From the IMG/VR virus record IMGVR_UViG_3300045125_000040, positions 1 through 64,000 of that record: a stretch of DNA of 64,000 nt. One strand, given 5' to 3'. The notes below the pieces were generated by a model. The model searched no databases. It was not told the origin of the DNA and saw only the letters and a list, made by a program, of their open reading frames with translations. The stretch is from a virus. Made by a program: the position numbers and the translations under genes. Within the stretch, counting starts at the first letter, position 1; each line of letters opens with the position of its first letter. Shown here piece after piece: positions 22,076 through 33,302 of the stretch.

Positions 22076-25000
22076 TGTTGTCTCTATAGTCTATAAAAAC
22101 GCTAGACCAAAGCGGCCTTGTGTAGTTTACAATTGGGTCCCATCGCACGGGACCCGAAGTACCGGTACCTTACTGTTTTATTGAGATTCCGGACCCCCTC
22201 CCCACTTTTCCTACAGACAACATGGGTTCAAAAAATTTTTCCGCCAAAAATTTTGACTTTCTAAGGTCGCACCCACCCCAGAGACTTAATAGCACGGATT
22301 AACCTATCCCTCTGAGCAACTGTTTCTTCCCTAGTGTTATCACAGACATCTACCCAATGATTATTAAAGTAAACACGAAAGACATGCAGATTAAACCCAT
22401 TATTAACCACAGGAGCAACGGATTGAATATAATCCAGATTAATCACTGTTCCATCTTTTAGTTCAAAACCATTCATTAGAAACTTCCTCTCATGATCACT
22501 TCTGTATCGCTACTACTGGACCGTTGTCATTAAACTGAGTCAAAAAGCGAATAAACTCAATATCCGATACATAGTCTCTATCTGCGCCATCCCCGTCTAC
22601 ACCGATAATTAATGCCTTACCAGCGAAGGGTTGTTCGTAGTTAAGAAAATTAAAAGATAATTCTCATTGAGTAGACCAAGATCATCTACATACATGAAAT
22701 CATGCCTACTCTGACCCCATCAATGTATTTGCAACCAATGATCTCCTTGATATTTTTACCAGCAATGTCAATCTCTTCAATCGTCTTGTTCTTCGGATCA
22801 ATCAGTATAGCTTTCATTTTGTTTCCTTTGCTGCGTTGTCTATAGATTCAACGTTAATCTTTGGTTCAAACCCCTTCATTAGAAACTTCCTCTCATAATG
22901 CAAATACCATCACTGGATACTGGAATCCAACTACCACCTTTGAAATACAAGCATCATACTTCTGCTTTATCTGTTACTCTAGCAGATTCTGTACAAAATG
23001 CTACTGTTAGAATAAAAGCGTAGCCACTACTGCTATTGAAATAATTACAATCTTTTCAACATCAATCTTTTCCATTTTTATGATCCCCATGTTCATAACA
23101 AGTCCAGCGATAACCAGTGTCACTTGGCCAGCCACAACCAGCATCCTTGAAACATCCCGGTTCATCACACATACCGAGAAGAGGCTTTAGAGATTCAATC
23201 TCTCTTCTCTGACCTTTGCTTTGATTGCATCCATATTCTCAATATCAAACTCATTGGTAATAGTCATACCACCTGCATCACATAGTGGCACATAACGCAT
23301 CTGGACCAAATCCAAGACGATCATAGATTAGATATCTGTAAGAACCTCCTCTTTGGCATGATCCACAATATGCTTTATTGCCCACTCCGGTGACAGCAAG
23401 TTTCATTTCATATGGACACTTATCTGCCATTTCATCAAGATTGCTATTGGCTTCTTTCCTCAACTTATCCAGATCTTGACTGGATTCCCACCAAGTCATT
23501 TCGTTTTCGTCAGTCATCCTTTTCTCCTCACATTTGGTGTATTCCACGGCAATAAACATGCTGGCAAGTAAAGTGAGCCAAAACTCATTCCGTAATTAAC
23601 ATGATGTGTATGTACGCACTTATAGTGCAAAACATTCCTAAACCTTGGACGCCCCCACCACCGTGCAGCGTGGAAAGAGGGCATAGCAATATCATAGGGA
23701 ACTTTCAAAGTATAATCACTCATCATTCACCTTCCGTCTCTATATACAAACCTTCCTCTATATCATAGATCTTTATGTTCTGTGAGTTCATGAAAGATTC
23801 AATATCCTTGGAATTATCAATAAGCTTTGGCCATGGATTATGCTTGTATTTCTTTGAATCGTGACCCGCTGACATCTTGACGCTGAAGACATTTCTCTGC
23901 CTTTCTCCATTCCTCAATAAAGCATTCTGGCGTCGCAGTAGTTACTACTGTCGCACCATTCCATCCTCTATCCCATACTAATAGTTTCATTTCAACGCCC
24001 CGTTTCTGTGATAACATTTGCTGCTTTGCGAATATCACCTGCTGTTAAAACCCTACCCCAAAACCCGCAAATAATTGTATCATCAGGATCAACTGAAGGA
24101 TCATCTAAAAGTTGAACATACTGAGCAAAGGGCTTTAGTGCTTCTCTTGAGATTTTCTTTATCTTTCTGTAGCCGTGCGTTTGTCATCCGCAACTGGATT
24201 AACTCTTTCATAGCTTCTGCATTAATGGGGCTACCATGTATGTTATATCCGCCATCAGAACCATCAGAAGCGTCATCCCAATCAATTGAGTTGTTCCAAT
24301 CTGAACCATTTGAAAATTTACGCTCCGGGTCAATATCAACAGTCATAGTTTCTTCAAAGCCTCCAGAACTATTCTAATTTCTTTAGCATTCAGACAAAAA
24401 TCGAGTCTACCGCACCCTCTAGCATTGAGTTCTTCTAGATATATATTGAAATACGATATCAAGTTATCAATTTCTTTACCTTTGCTCGTATCCGTTCCAC
24501 AGTTCTTTATAGATTTCTTTTATCAGTCATCTTTATGTTCCTCAAAGTATAATCACTCACAGACTCTCTAACTCCTTTAGAAGTATCTCAAGGTCTTCAC
24601 GTTTAAAATATAATTGATCATATTTAACATGTTTATTTTTATCAATATACTTTATTGATTCATTGATATAATCTTTTAGAAAATCTAATGCATCAGCGTC
24701 AGTATATGCTTCCCACAGTTGTTCATAGATTTCTTTATCAGTCATTATCTTCCTCAATTAGTTTGCGGCAACGCTTATACCAGTCATTATGTTGCCACTT
24801 GACCTTATCGTGTGACATTTCATAATAGTCATTGGCAATAAACTGAACCAACTCCTCATACTTTTGAAGTCGTTTGATTTCTTTTTCTTGTTCTGTAACA
24901 TGGATATCACAATTTAGTTGTTCAATGCTCATTTTTTATCTTCATCCTTATTCCGTTGAAAGTTCCTAGCACGGATTAATCGCCAATACATTGGAAGTGA

Positions 25001-25693
25001 TCGTGACCAAGCCCATACCCAAATGTGTTTAGGCATACCCTTGTATGGATGTCTAGGCCATTCAAGATGTTTCACTCTTCCATTTCCTCTACACGGAATA
25101 GCTTGTAGTCATAATGATCATTCAATAGTTCAGACAATAACCATGCCAGTTCAAATGTTATATTCTCTATAACAGTTTTACCTGATTTATTATCATTATC
25201 TACATCAATAATCCGCCAGTTCATTACCCAACTCCATTCCCCGGACCTCTATCACCAAATGCCAGTGCCAAGACGATTGATACCACGATGATTCCTACTA
25301 CCCAGAACATTGCTATTCTCCTAATCAGTCATCATGAACTTCAAAGATATGCCATACTAGATTAGTAATACCTATCTGCTGAATAGTCTTAACGTAATCA
25401 TAATGCTTCTTATCATAGTTCTCTAGTTCAAAACCAGTTCCAAAAAACATGAAACACATACTTACGCACCTTATGATTAGGATTCACAAGCGCCCACAGA
25501 ACAGGAATAGTTCCCTGCAGCTGAATATCCAGAATCTTGGCACCCTTGGGCATAGTAATCTCATATACCGCATTATGATGAATATCCATAGCCAGTGGAT
25601 ACTTATAAATCATCTTCATAATAAATTTCCTTATCTTGATTTAACGATGAATATATAATATAATAAATAATGAAAACTGTCAAGAGGGACCAT

Positions 25694-26151
25694 ATGAAAA
25701 GCTTTAGAAACTTTCTAACTGAAGAAGCAACACATGAGATTCACCATCTTCCTGATGGAGGAAAAGTATACCACACAGATGTTGGTGAACATGCAGTTCA
25801 AACACACTTTATTCCCAGACAATCAGATAAGGGAACTAAAGATTATGACATTCACTTCATAAGAAAACAAAAGGTTCTAAAGGAGCAGGGTTCTCCCGTC
25901 AAGGTATTGGTTCAATGTCCATTGAAGACAGACTAAAAGCAATTAACAGCGTTAAGAGAGCAGTAAAACACTTTGTTGCCAATGAAAAACCTGATTCATT
26001 AGTTGCATCAGCAAATACCAAACAAAAAGCTGATTGGTCTCATGAGATGTTGAATAGACTAGGAAAATCAGGTAGTTCTGTAGTTCGTAGAGGAAATGAA
26101 GTATCATTGTTGTTTGATAGTGGTTATAAGAGAAATACAGAAGAACAATAA
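25694..26151 (+). CDS. late gene, probable internal head/virion protein, frameshifted
   Basis: N-terminal MKSFRNFLTEE resembles the T4-like capsid-targeting/cleavage leader; AATAAATA late-promoter variant upstream. Confidence 0.5.
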
Positions 26152-26253
26152 TATATTTCATGGCTACAGTTCTATTATACACAGATAAAAATATTTGTCA
26201 AGCATTATTTTCAGTTTGACATAACTTTTTTTATATGTTATTATGTTTTTTTA

Positions 26254-26709
26254 TTGTTAAGAGGAGTTGACTTGAAAACTTACATTTTTGATATTGACAA
26301 CACTATTGCCAATAATCAGCACCGTATTCACTATCTTCACGAAACCCCAAAAAATTGGAATGAATGGCATAAGAACCATCATCTTGATACTCCCTATTGG
26401 GAAATCATTGATCTGATGGAGATGGCTCTTGATAATGGCATTCGTATTGTTCTATGCACTGGTCGGGATGAAAAGGTTCGTGATGAAACCCGTAAGTGGC
26501 TAGAAGAACATGATATTCACTATCACCAACTTTATATGCGTCCTCTTGGTGATCGCCGGGATGATAGTGAAGTAAAGCGTGAACTACTTAAAACAATTCG
26601 TGCAGATGGTTATGATCCTGTTCTGGTATTTGAAGATCGTGATCGTGTAGTTGCTATGTGGCGTGAAGAAGGTCTTCGTTGTCTACAGGTTGCTCCCGGT
26701 AACTTTTAA
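26254..26709 (+). CDS. HAD-family phosphatase, similar to the 3'-phosphatase domain of polynucleotide kinase PseT
   Basis: IFDIDNTIA, CTGR, LYMRPLGDRRDDSEVK, FEDRDRVVAMWREEGLRCLQVA. Confidence 0.85.
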   Translation: MLRGVDLKTYIFDIDNTIANNQHRIHYLHETPKNWNEWHKNHHLDTPYWEIIDLMEMALDNGIRIVLCTGRDEKVRDETRKWLEEHDIHYHQLYMRPLGDRRDDSEVKRELLKTIRADGYDPVLVFEDRDRVVAMWREEGLRCLQVAPGNF

Positions 26710-27112
26710 GGTTGACAATGACACAAATGTATATTATACTGGCTCTATCAATCATGGTTCTATTTGCATGGATTGGTATGGCAGGATGGATGGCTTTACA
26801 TATTGACTAAGGGAATACTATGACATATCAGGATTTTCTGGCCATAGAATTCAATCTTCTCATGATTGATCTTGGTATTATAACCGGAATCTTTTGTTTG
26901 GTTATAATTCTTATGGGAATATATAATGAAAGGAAAACAATGAAAACGGCGAATAGGATTTTATTCTATGTAAATATAGTATTTCTTGTTATTAATGTTG
27001 TTTTCCTAATGTTGGGTGTTTCACCAACAGTTAATTTCATAGCTGCTCTTTTTTCTTTGGCTGGAGTTATGGCAGCATACCAGTTATCCAAAGATATTAA
27101 TGAGCCATAATA

Positions 27113-27186
27113 GCTCTTGTAGTTAAATGGTATAACAGTTGATTAGTAATCATCTATTGGCAGTTCGATTCTGTCCAAGAGCACCA
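27113..27186 (+). tRNA. tRNA-Thr (anticodon reads AGT; could be TGT with a read error)
   Basis: GCTCTTG/CAAGAGC acceptor stem, ACCA end, GTTCGATTC T-loop, anticodon loop TTAGTAA. Confidence 0.85.
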
Positions 27187-27195
27187 TTTTAATAT

Positions 27196-27269
27196 TTCGG
27201 AGTCGTCTAATGGTAGGACTCTAGATTTTGACTCTAGCAATGGTGGTTCGACCCCATCCTCCGAAACCA
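27196..27269 (+). tRNA. tRNA-Gln(TTG)
   Basis: TTCGGAG/CTCCGAA acceptor stem, CTAGA-TTTTGAC-TCTAG anticodon arm, GGTTCGAC T-loop, CCA end. Confidence 0.9.
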
Positions 27270-28692
27270 GAAAGGAAAATACAATGGCAAAAGAAAAGAA
27301 GTATACACAGTCATCAATTTATGAATTTTCTCCTAAAGAGGATCTCACAACACAAGAAATAGTGGAACTACTAACTATTATTCGTATTGGTATCAGTGGT
27401 GATCTTATTGAAAAAGCTAGCCCTGCATTAAAAAAACATTTCGTAGAAGTAAAAAAATAATAAAACATCATTTTAACCTTTGTAACGAGTCAAAGAACAA
27501 AGGCGGCTCCCTAACTAAATATCTAACATCCTACAACCCCCATTTGGGGGTTTTATTTTTTATCTTGACATTATATAATTTTTTAGTATAATGAATATAT
27601 AAAGGAGAAAAGATATGAAGACATTAGTGGCAGCAGTTGTTTACATGTGCATGAGTGGACATTGTATTCAGTATGAAGTAGAAATTGAAAAGAAGGCATG
27701 TGCATATGGACCTTTCATGGGGAGATATATGGGAATGGATGCCAAACTTGGAGTTAAATGTAAATGATTTGGTATATTCCTGTAATCCTTATTTGTTCTC
27801 TTTCATATGAAGACTCTGAATGTAGAGAGGATGGAAAGACGTATCAATCATCACAGGTGAAGCCCAAAACACACCAACCGCTTGTTTGATGGAAGGTTTT
27901 GAAAGACTATCACGTTCTGCATATGCACCAAAAGCAGAAGATGGATACTACGTCAAAGTCAAGTGTGTTCCTACTAGAAAGGATAGACATTGACAGCAAC
28001 AATTATTTCTTTTCCAAAAAAGAACAATGATAAACCAAAAAGAGTTACAAAGAAAATAAGATTGACGTTCCTAATATTCTTGGTGTACCAGTAAAGAAAC
28101 CAAAGTCACGTCAGGAATATCTTGTTTTGTGTAAAGAATTTATGCCTCTAGAGGCATATAAAAATATTCTTTGTGGTATTATGGATAAAGAGTTTTACAA
28201 TTCTTTTGATCCAAGAACTAAAAAAGTCATAGACTGTTACTTTTCGCTATGACCGAACTACAAAAACAATCTTATCTTTATTATTCTTTTTTGTATTGAT
28301 TTATGTTATACCAGAAATTGATGCAACCTATATAACACCAAGAATGAAAGAGTCGGGCCTTCGTATGGAGGTCCAATGTCATGATGAACCTAAAAGTGTT
28401 GGATTCAGAAGGAACCAAAGAATGAACGAATGGCAATTCACTAATCAGTTTTTTGATGAAGGTAAACTACATTTCAGTAACGGAGGGGATGTAAAGGATT
28501 GAACCATACAATTATCTAACTGTAGATCAGTCAGATGAAAAGATAGTACAGTCCGAACATTATCGTCAGAAGGAGTGGTTGGCAGGTTTTGGTTTCAGTT
28601 TCAGACTGATTTAGAAAAAAAGAAAAACATCGCTTGACAGACTAATTTTTTTATTATATAATGCATATATCATGAAACTTGTGGAGATATAA

Positions 28693-29645
28693 AATGGCAC
28701 ATATGATTGAAGAAATTAATGGTGTTGCTCAGATGGCCTATGCCGGTGATGTTCCATGGCATGGTCTGGGTAAGAAGGTTCCTGCTGATCTAACTCCTGA
28801 ACAGATGTTGGATGCAGCGGGTCTTAATTGGACGGTAGAAAAGACTCCCACATTCGCAATTATTAATGATGAGCATGTTTCTACCGGCCAGTCTGCTCTT
28901 GTTCGTTCATCTGACAACAAGATTCTGGATGTTGTTTCCAATGATTGGGTTCCCGTTCAGAATCTTGAAGCATTTGAATTCTTTAATGATTTCATTGCTG
29001 CTGGTGATATGCAGATGAATACGGCTGGCTCACTTCGGAATGGTCAGATCGTATGGGCACTTGCGAAGGTAAATGAATCATTCGAACTTTTTGGTGGAGA
29101 TCGTATTGATTCCTATCTTCTTTTCTCAAACTTTCACAAATATGGATTTAGCACAGATGTTCGTTTCACGCCTATTCGTGTTGTCTGCAACAATACTCTT
29201 ACACTTAGTCTTTCTTCTACTGTTGAACGAATGGTTAAAATCAATCACCGTTCTCAGTTTAATGGAGACAATGTAAAGTTGATGCTTGGTATCACATCAG
29301 AAAAACTTTCTAACTACAAGGACATGGCTTCTTATCTTGGTTCCAAGATGTATAAGAAGGAAACTCTTGTGGAATATTTCCAGCGTGTATTTCCTGTTGC
29401 TAATAGCAGCGAAAAGGAACTTTCACGTAATGCATCACGTGCCCTATCCGTTGTGGAAGGTCAACACTGGTGCAGAATTCGCAGAAGGTTCGTGGTGGTC
29501 AGCGTTCAATGCTGTAACCTACATGACAGATCATCTTGTTGGTCGTTCTAATGATACTCGTCTATCATCATCATGGTATGGTCAGAACAAGACTCTTAAG
29601 ACTAAGGCTCTTGAATTGGCTGTTGAATATGCTGATGCAGCATAA
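28693..29645 (+). CDS. DUF932/DUF945-family protein, frameshifted near the C-terminus
   Basis: MAYAGDVPWHGLG, AAGLNWTV, PVQNLEAFEFF, TAGSL, FTPIRVVCNNTL, GSWWSAFNAVT. Confidence 0.88.
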
Positions 29646-29657
29646 CTTGGAGGTATA

Positions 29658-30789
29658 ATGGCTCGTCGCCCAATAGTTGCCAGAAAACAGAAAACAGTCC
29701 GTATAACCAAGACCGAACAATATCTGGTCAATAAAAAATACTTGGGCGACGAACCATACTTTACTACGCCTTTATCCAAGACAGACTACATAAATAGTCT
29801 TAACTGGTATGGGTATATGTGTACAGTCAATGATGCACGTGAATATATACTTGAATATTTGATAAAAGTCAAACGTGAAAAAGATGTCAAAAAAATCAAA
29901 GCATTATCAGATAGTGAAATTCCCACAACTCTTGCGTGGATTTCACGTATGCTTACACGGGATTTTGTCTTACCTGTAGAAGCAAAAGAATACCTTGACC
30001 ATAGACTAAAAGAAATTACCAAGAGTTATAAAGAACCAATAAATAATACAAAAGAAGAACCAAAGATCTCAGTAAGAGATCGTATGAAAGAAAGGTTCCA
30101 TGATATAATGGGCGAAATAGAGGGACTTATTGATGATTATATGAATGAGAACCAAGAGTTTTCATTATATAATTGGTTACAAAGCAATAATATTCCCGCC
30201 GCATATGCTACTTCAATTATCAATAAGCTAACTCCAGTATTAGATGAATTAAAGGAAGCATACAATACCAAAGACGAACAGCTTAAAGAAGCTTATAGAA
30301 ATTATTCAAAACCAAAATTAAAAACTCTTATTGACTTTTATCAAAATCTATGTGATGATGTATCCAAGTATTCTGGTGTGGTCAAGAAAACCCGTAAAGA
30401 CCAGAAAGCCAAGGACTGTTTCTGTTGAGAAAAAGATTAAAAATCTTAAATGGCAAAAAGAAGACTCAACTTTCAAGATTGCATCGGTTGATCCTTCTAA
30501 GATTGTCGGAGCACAAGAATTATGGACCTTTAATACGAAATACAAAACTCTCACGGTCCTCCGTGCGTTGGATCGTGCAGGGCTTCAGGTTAAAGGAACG
30601 TCGATTACTAACTATGATGAAAACAATTCTTTCACAAAAGGAACAGGGCGCAGAACTGAAGAATACGTCAAAAGAGTACTTGATGGTGGGAAGATTATTC
30701 TCCGCAAGATTATGGACGATATCAAAACAGATAAACCGCTGGCATACAGAATTAACGAAAACACAATACTTTTACGGACGATCAGTTAG
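29658..30789 (+). CDS. conserved T4-like-phage hypothetical protein, frameshifted
   Basis: YLGDEP..LNWYGY, IASVDPSKIVGAQELWTFNTKYK, RINENTILL across two ORFs. Confidence 0.65.
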
Positions 30790-31375
30790 AGAGAATTAAT
30801 TCTCTCTTTCTTCTCTTGGTTTCTTTTATTTTGGTTTTGGTTTCTTCAGAATGTTTTTTGCCTTTGAATGGTCCATTGCCTTTACGTAATTTTGCTTTTT
30901 CGCTTAGTTTTCTTTTATGTTCTTCTGATTTTGGAACGCCTTTTAATTTTTCACTAATTTTATTATTTCTATGATCAGAAAATATATATCCAGTCATTTT
31001 TTCGCTTATTGCTTTTTTATGTTCTTCAGATATAATTTTGCCTTTATGTGTTTTACTAATTTTAGCTTTTATGTCATCCGTGTATTCTATGCATTTACAA
31101 ATGTTTTTGTTCAACCATTTTTCGTTATATAATATTTTCATTCTTTTTAAGACTTTTATTTCCCATTCTATAGCTTTTTCTTTTCTATTAAATTTTTTTC
31201 TAATTTTTATTATATCAGGTTCACCATGTATTTTTCTGAAATTTTTAACGTGTCTAGAAGAAGTAAAATACTTGACCCAAAGATCATTTTCTGCTATAAT
31301 TTTATTTGCGTAACGAACTCCATAATACCACTTGTTTAATTTTGACCAACCTATGAGATAAGTATATGATTCCAT
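30782..31375 (-). CDS. free-standing GIY-YIG (Seg-like) homing endonuclease with NUMOD3 repeats
   Basis: YTYLIGW..KWYYGVR..YFTSS; repeated SEEHKKAISE / SEEHKRKLSE / HSEETKTKI; inserted antisense with a late promoter TATAAATA at 31402-31409 (minus strand). Confidence 0.85.
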   Translation of the reverse strand: MESYTYLIGWSKLNKWYYGVRYANKIIAENDLWVKYFTSSRHVKNFRKIHGEPDIIKIRKKFNRKEKAIEWEIKVLKRMKILYNEKWLNKNICKCIEYTDDIKAKISKTHKGKIISEEHKKAISEKMTGYIFSDHRNNKISEKLKGVPKSEEHKRKLSEKAKLRKGNGPFKGKKHSEETKTKIKETKRRKRELILSN

Positions 31376-31637
31376 CGCTAATTTCCTTAATTACTAAATA
31401 TTATTTATATAATATTCAATCTTACTAAGGATAGTATCATGAGATTAGGAATAGAAGACGACCAATTTTATGATATTTTAGTCGTTTCACGGTTCCTATT
31501 ATGGCTTGAAAGGGAAGACCCCGGAGCCATATGGGGAGGAGAAAGGATCGAAGATGTTGTTCGCTCATTCTCCACTATAACAGGATATGATGTTGCTTTA
31601 TTAAAGAACATGGTATCCAATCACGAAAGGAAGAAAG

Positions 31638-32847
31638 ATGAATAAAATTATCTTATCTGCTGTAACTATCATGCTTATGGGTGGTAGTGCAATTGCTGGC
31701 GATGTTATCGCACCGCCAATCACAAAGTATGTAGAGGCTCCTATTCCTCCCAAGCGTCCAACTAATTTCGGTAAGACCGACAATCAGAAGGTTGCTCAGA
31801 AGATTCAGGACGTGACCACAAGGAAGTAAACATGAAGAAGATTATGATTGGTGTGATCGTTGCTTCAATGCTATCTGGGTCTGCTCTTGCAGCAGACCTG
31901 GAATTGAAGTGTTATGAGAACAAAGAGTTTATGAAGATCATTGATGATATGGATCTTGTTACAGTATACAATGGTCATAAGTCAGATACAAAAATGAATG
32001 ACATTCTTATGACTAAAGATCTTCGTCTTGCTACTGTAGAATACGATAAGATGTCAGATGGTAATGCTTTAACAGCAAAACAGTATTGTGTTACAGGAAT
32101 TTTGTCAGGAATTCATTTTAATGATTCTGTTGTAGAGTTCTTGTATGAAGCTCTACAGAAGGCAAAGGGACAGAAGGTATGAGTATTCTAGGACCAGATG
32201 GTGGTTTGACTTTTCCCACAGGCGGATTAGTTAAGAAGCACCCTATTGAAGATATTCGTATGGTTATGTTTTGGTAAGATGATGGTTCATCCCCAGACAA
32301 AACAAATGGTAATGGTTCCTATGCAGGATTTGCAGTATAAACGTCAGGGATCAGATGAATGGTTCTCTGTTCCTATTTTTGAAACTGAAAAGCATGATTT
32401 TAATCCGGAGGAAAAAAATGAAGAAGTATCTGCTGGTAATCCTAGTGGGGTTATCCTTTCTTAGCTTGGTTGGGTGCGCAGAATTGGCAACGGTCGTCAA
32501 GTGCTCTGTACGGGACAGTTCTGGTAGACCCTGCCAATAAGGAGCCGCTAGATTGAAGACTTTGAAAATACTCTTGACAAGTAGTCTGTTATTTGCTAAT
32601 ATAGCACATAGCTTCGGATGATATCACATGTGAAAAGGATGTCAAGAAGGATCACATTGTTCACTGTAAGACAAAGAAGGTGATGGATGTTTCGCTGGTT
32701 AGCATTAATGGTGGTGAGTGTAACGCTCCTTCATTTCACTGGCATGGTGAAGGTAAGTTCGCCTTACCAGGAACAAAAGACTGCTCTTATGTTGGTGCAG
32801 TAACATTATCAGTTGACGGACATACAAAAACATTTGCTCCGTTATGA
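31638..32847 (+). CDS. cluster of small exported/lipoprotein genes (31638-31829, 31832-32182, ~32418-32540, ~32553-32847)
   Basis: Signal-peptide-like N-termini MNKIILSAVTIMLMGGSAIA, MKKIMIGVIVASMLSGSALA, MKKYLLVILVGLSFLSLVGC (lipobox), LKTLKILLTSSLLFANIAH. Confidence 0.6.
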
Positions 32848-32853
32848 GTAAAG

Positions 32854-32980
32854 TTCGCCTTCATCACGGTAACATCTGTCTTGGGTTTGGTATCCAGATT
32901 AAAGATGCCGTATTGAGTTACGGTTCGAATAACCATTAGTTGAAAGACTATAAAACAGGTGTTACTTTGATGAAGGCGAA
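32854..32980 (+). ncRNA. putative structured RNA closed by a ~25-bp stem related to the tmRNA acceptor/IVS helix
   Basis: TTCGCCTTCATCACGGTAACATCTGT pairs with ACAGGTGTTACTTTGATGAAGGCGAA; internal hairpins. Confidence 0.55.
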
Positions 32981-32989
32981 TAAATAGAA

Positions 32990-33276
32990 TTGCCGAGGTC
33001 GTTGAGAGGAACGACATAGACACTGAGGACGTGGATTTGCGACTCCACCGCCTCCACCACAGTAACATTGGTTCCAAGGTTGGAATAAACTTGGGTAATA
33101 GCTTCTCCAAACGTCCAGTGTTACTTTGATGGGGGCGAACTAGGATCGACTGGTGTAGTAAGGGTTCAAGGAGACCATAGGCAAATATAGGTGCTAACGA
33201 TAACTTTGCACCATTTGATTACGCTCTAGCAGCATAATCATTGGGGTGGCGACTTCCCTAGAAACAGAAAAGTCGC
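32990..33276 (+). ncRNA. ssrA: circularly permuted (two-piece, alphaproteobacterial-type) tmRNA
   Basis: Acceptor piece ends ...GCGACTCCACCGCCTCCACCA (33059); hairpin intervening sequence; coding piece starts GGGGGCGAACTAGGATCGAC (33131); tag ANDNFAPFDYALAA* at 33193-33237. Confidence 0.92.
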
Positions 33277-33302
33277 AAATATTATGAAAGGATATACCAT
33301 GC

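Noticed and set aside
32787-33110. 107-aa minus-strand ORF in the track
   Set aside because: Antisense to the structured RNA and the tmRNA, with no recognisable protein features
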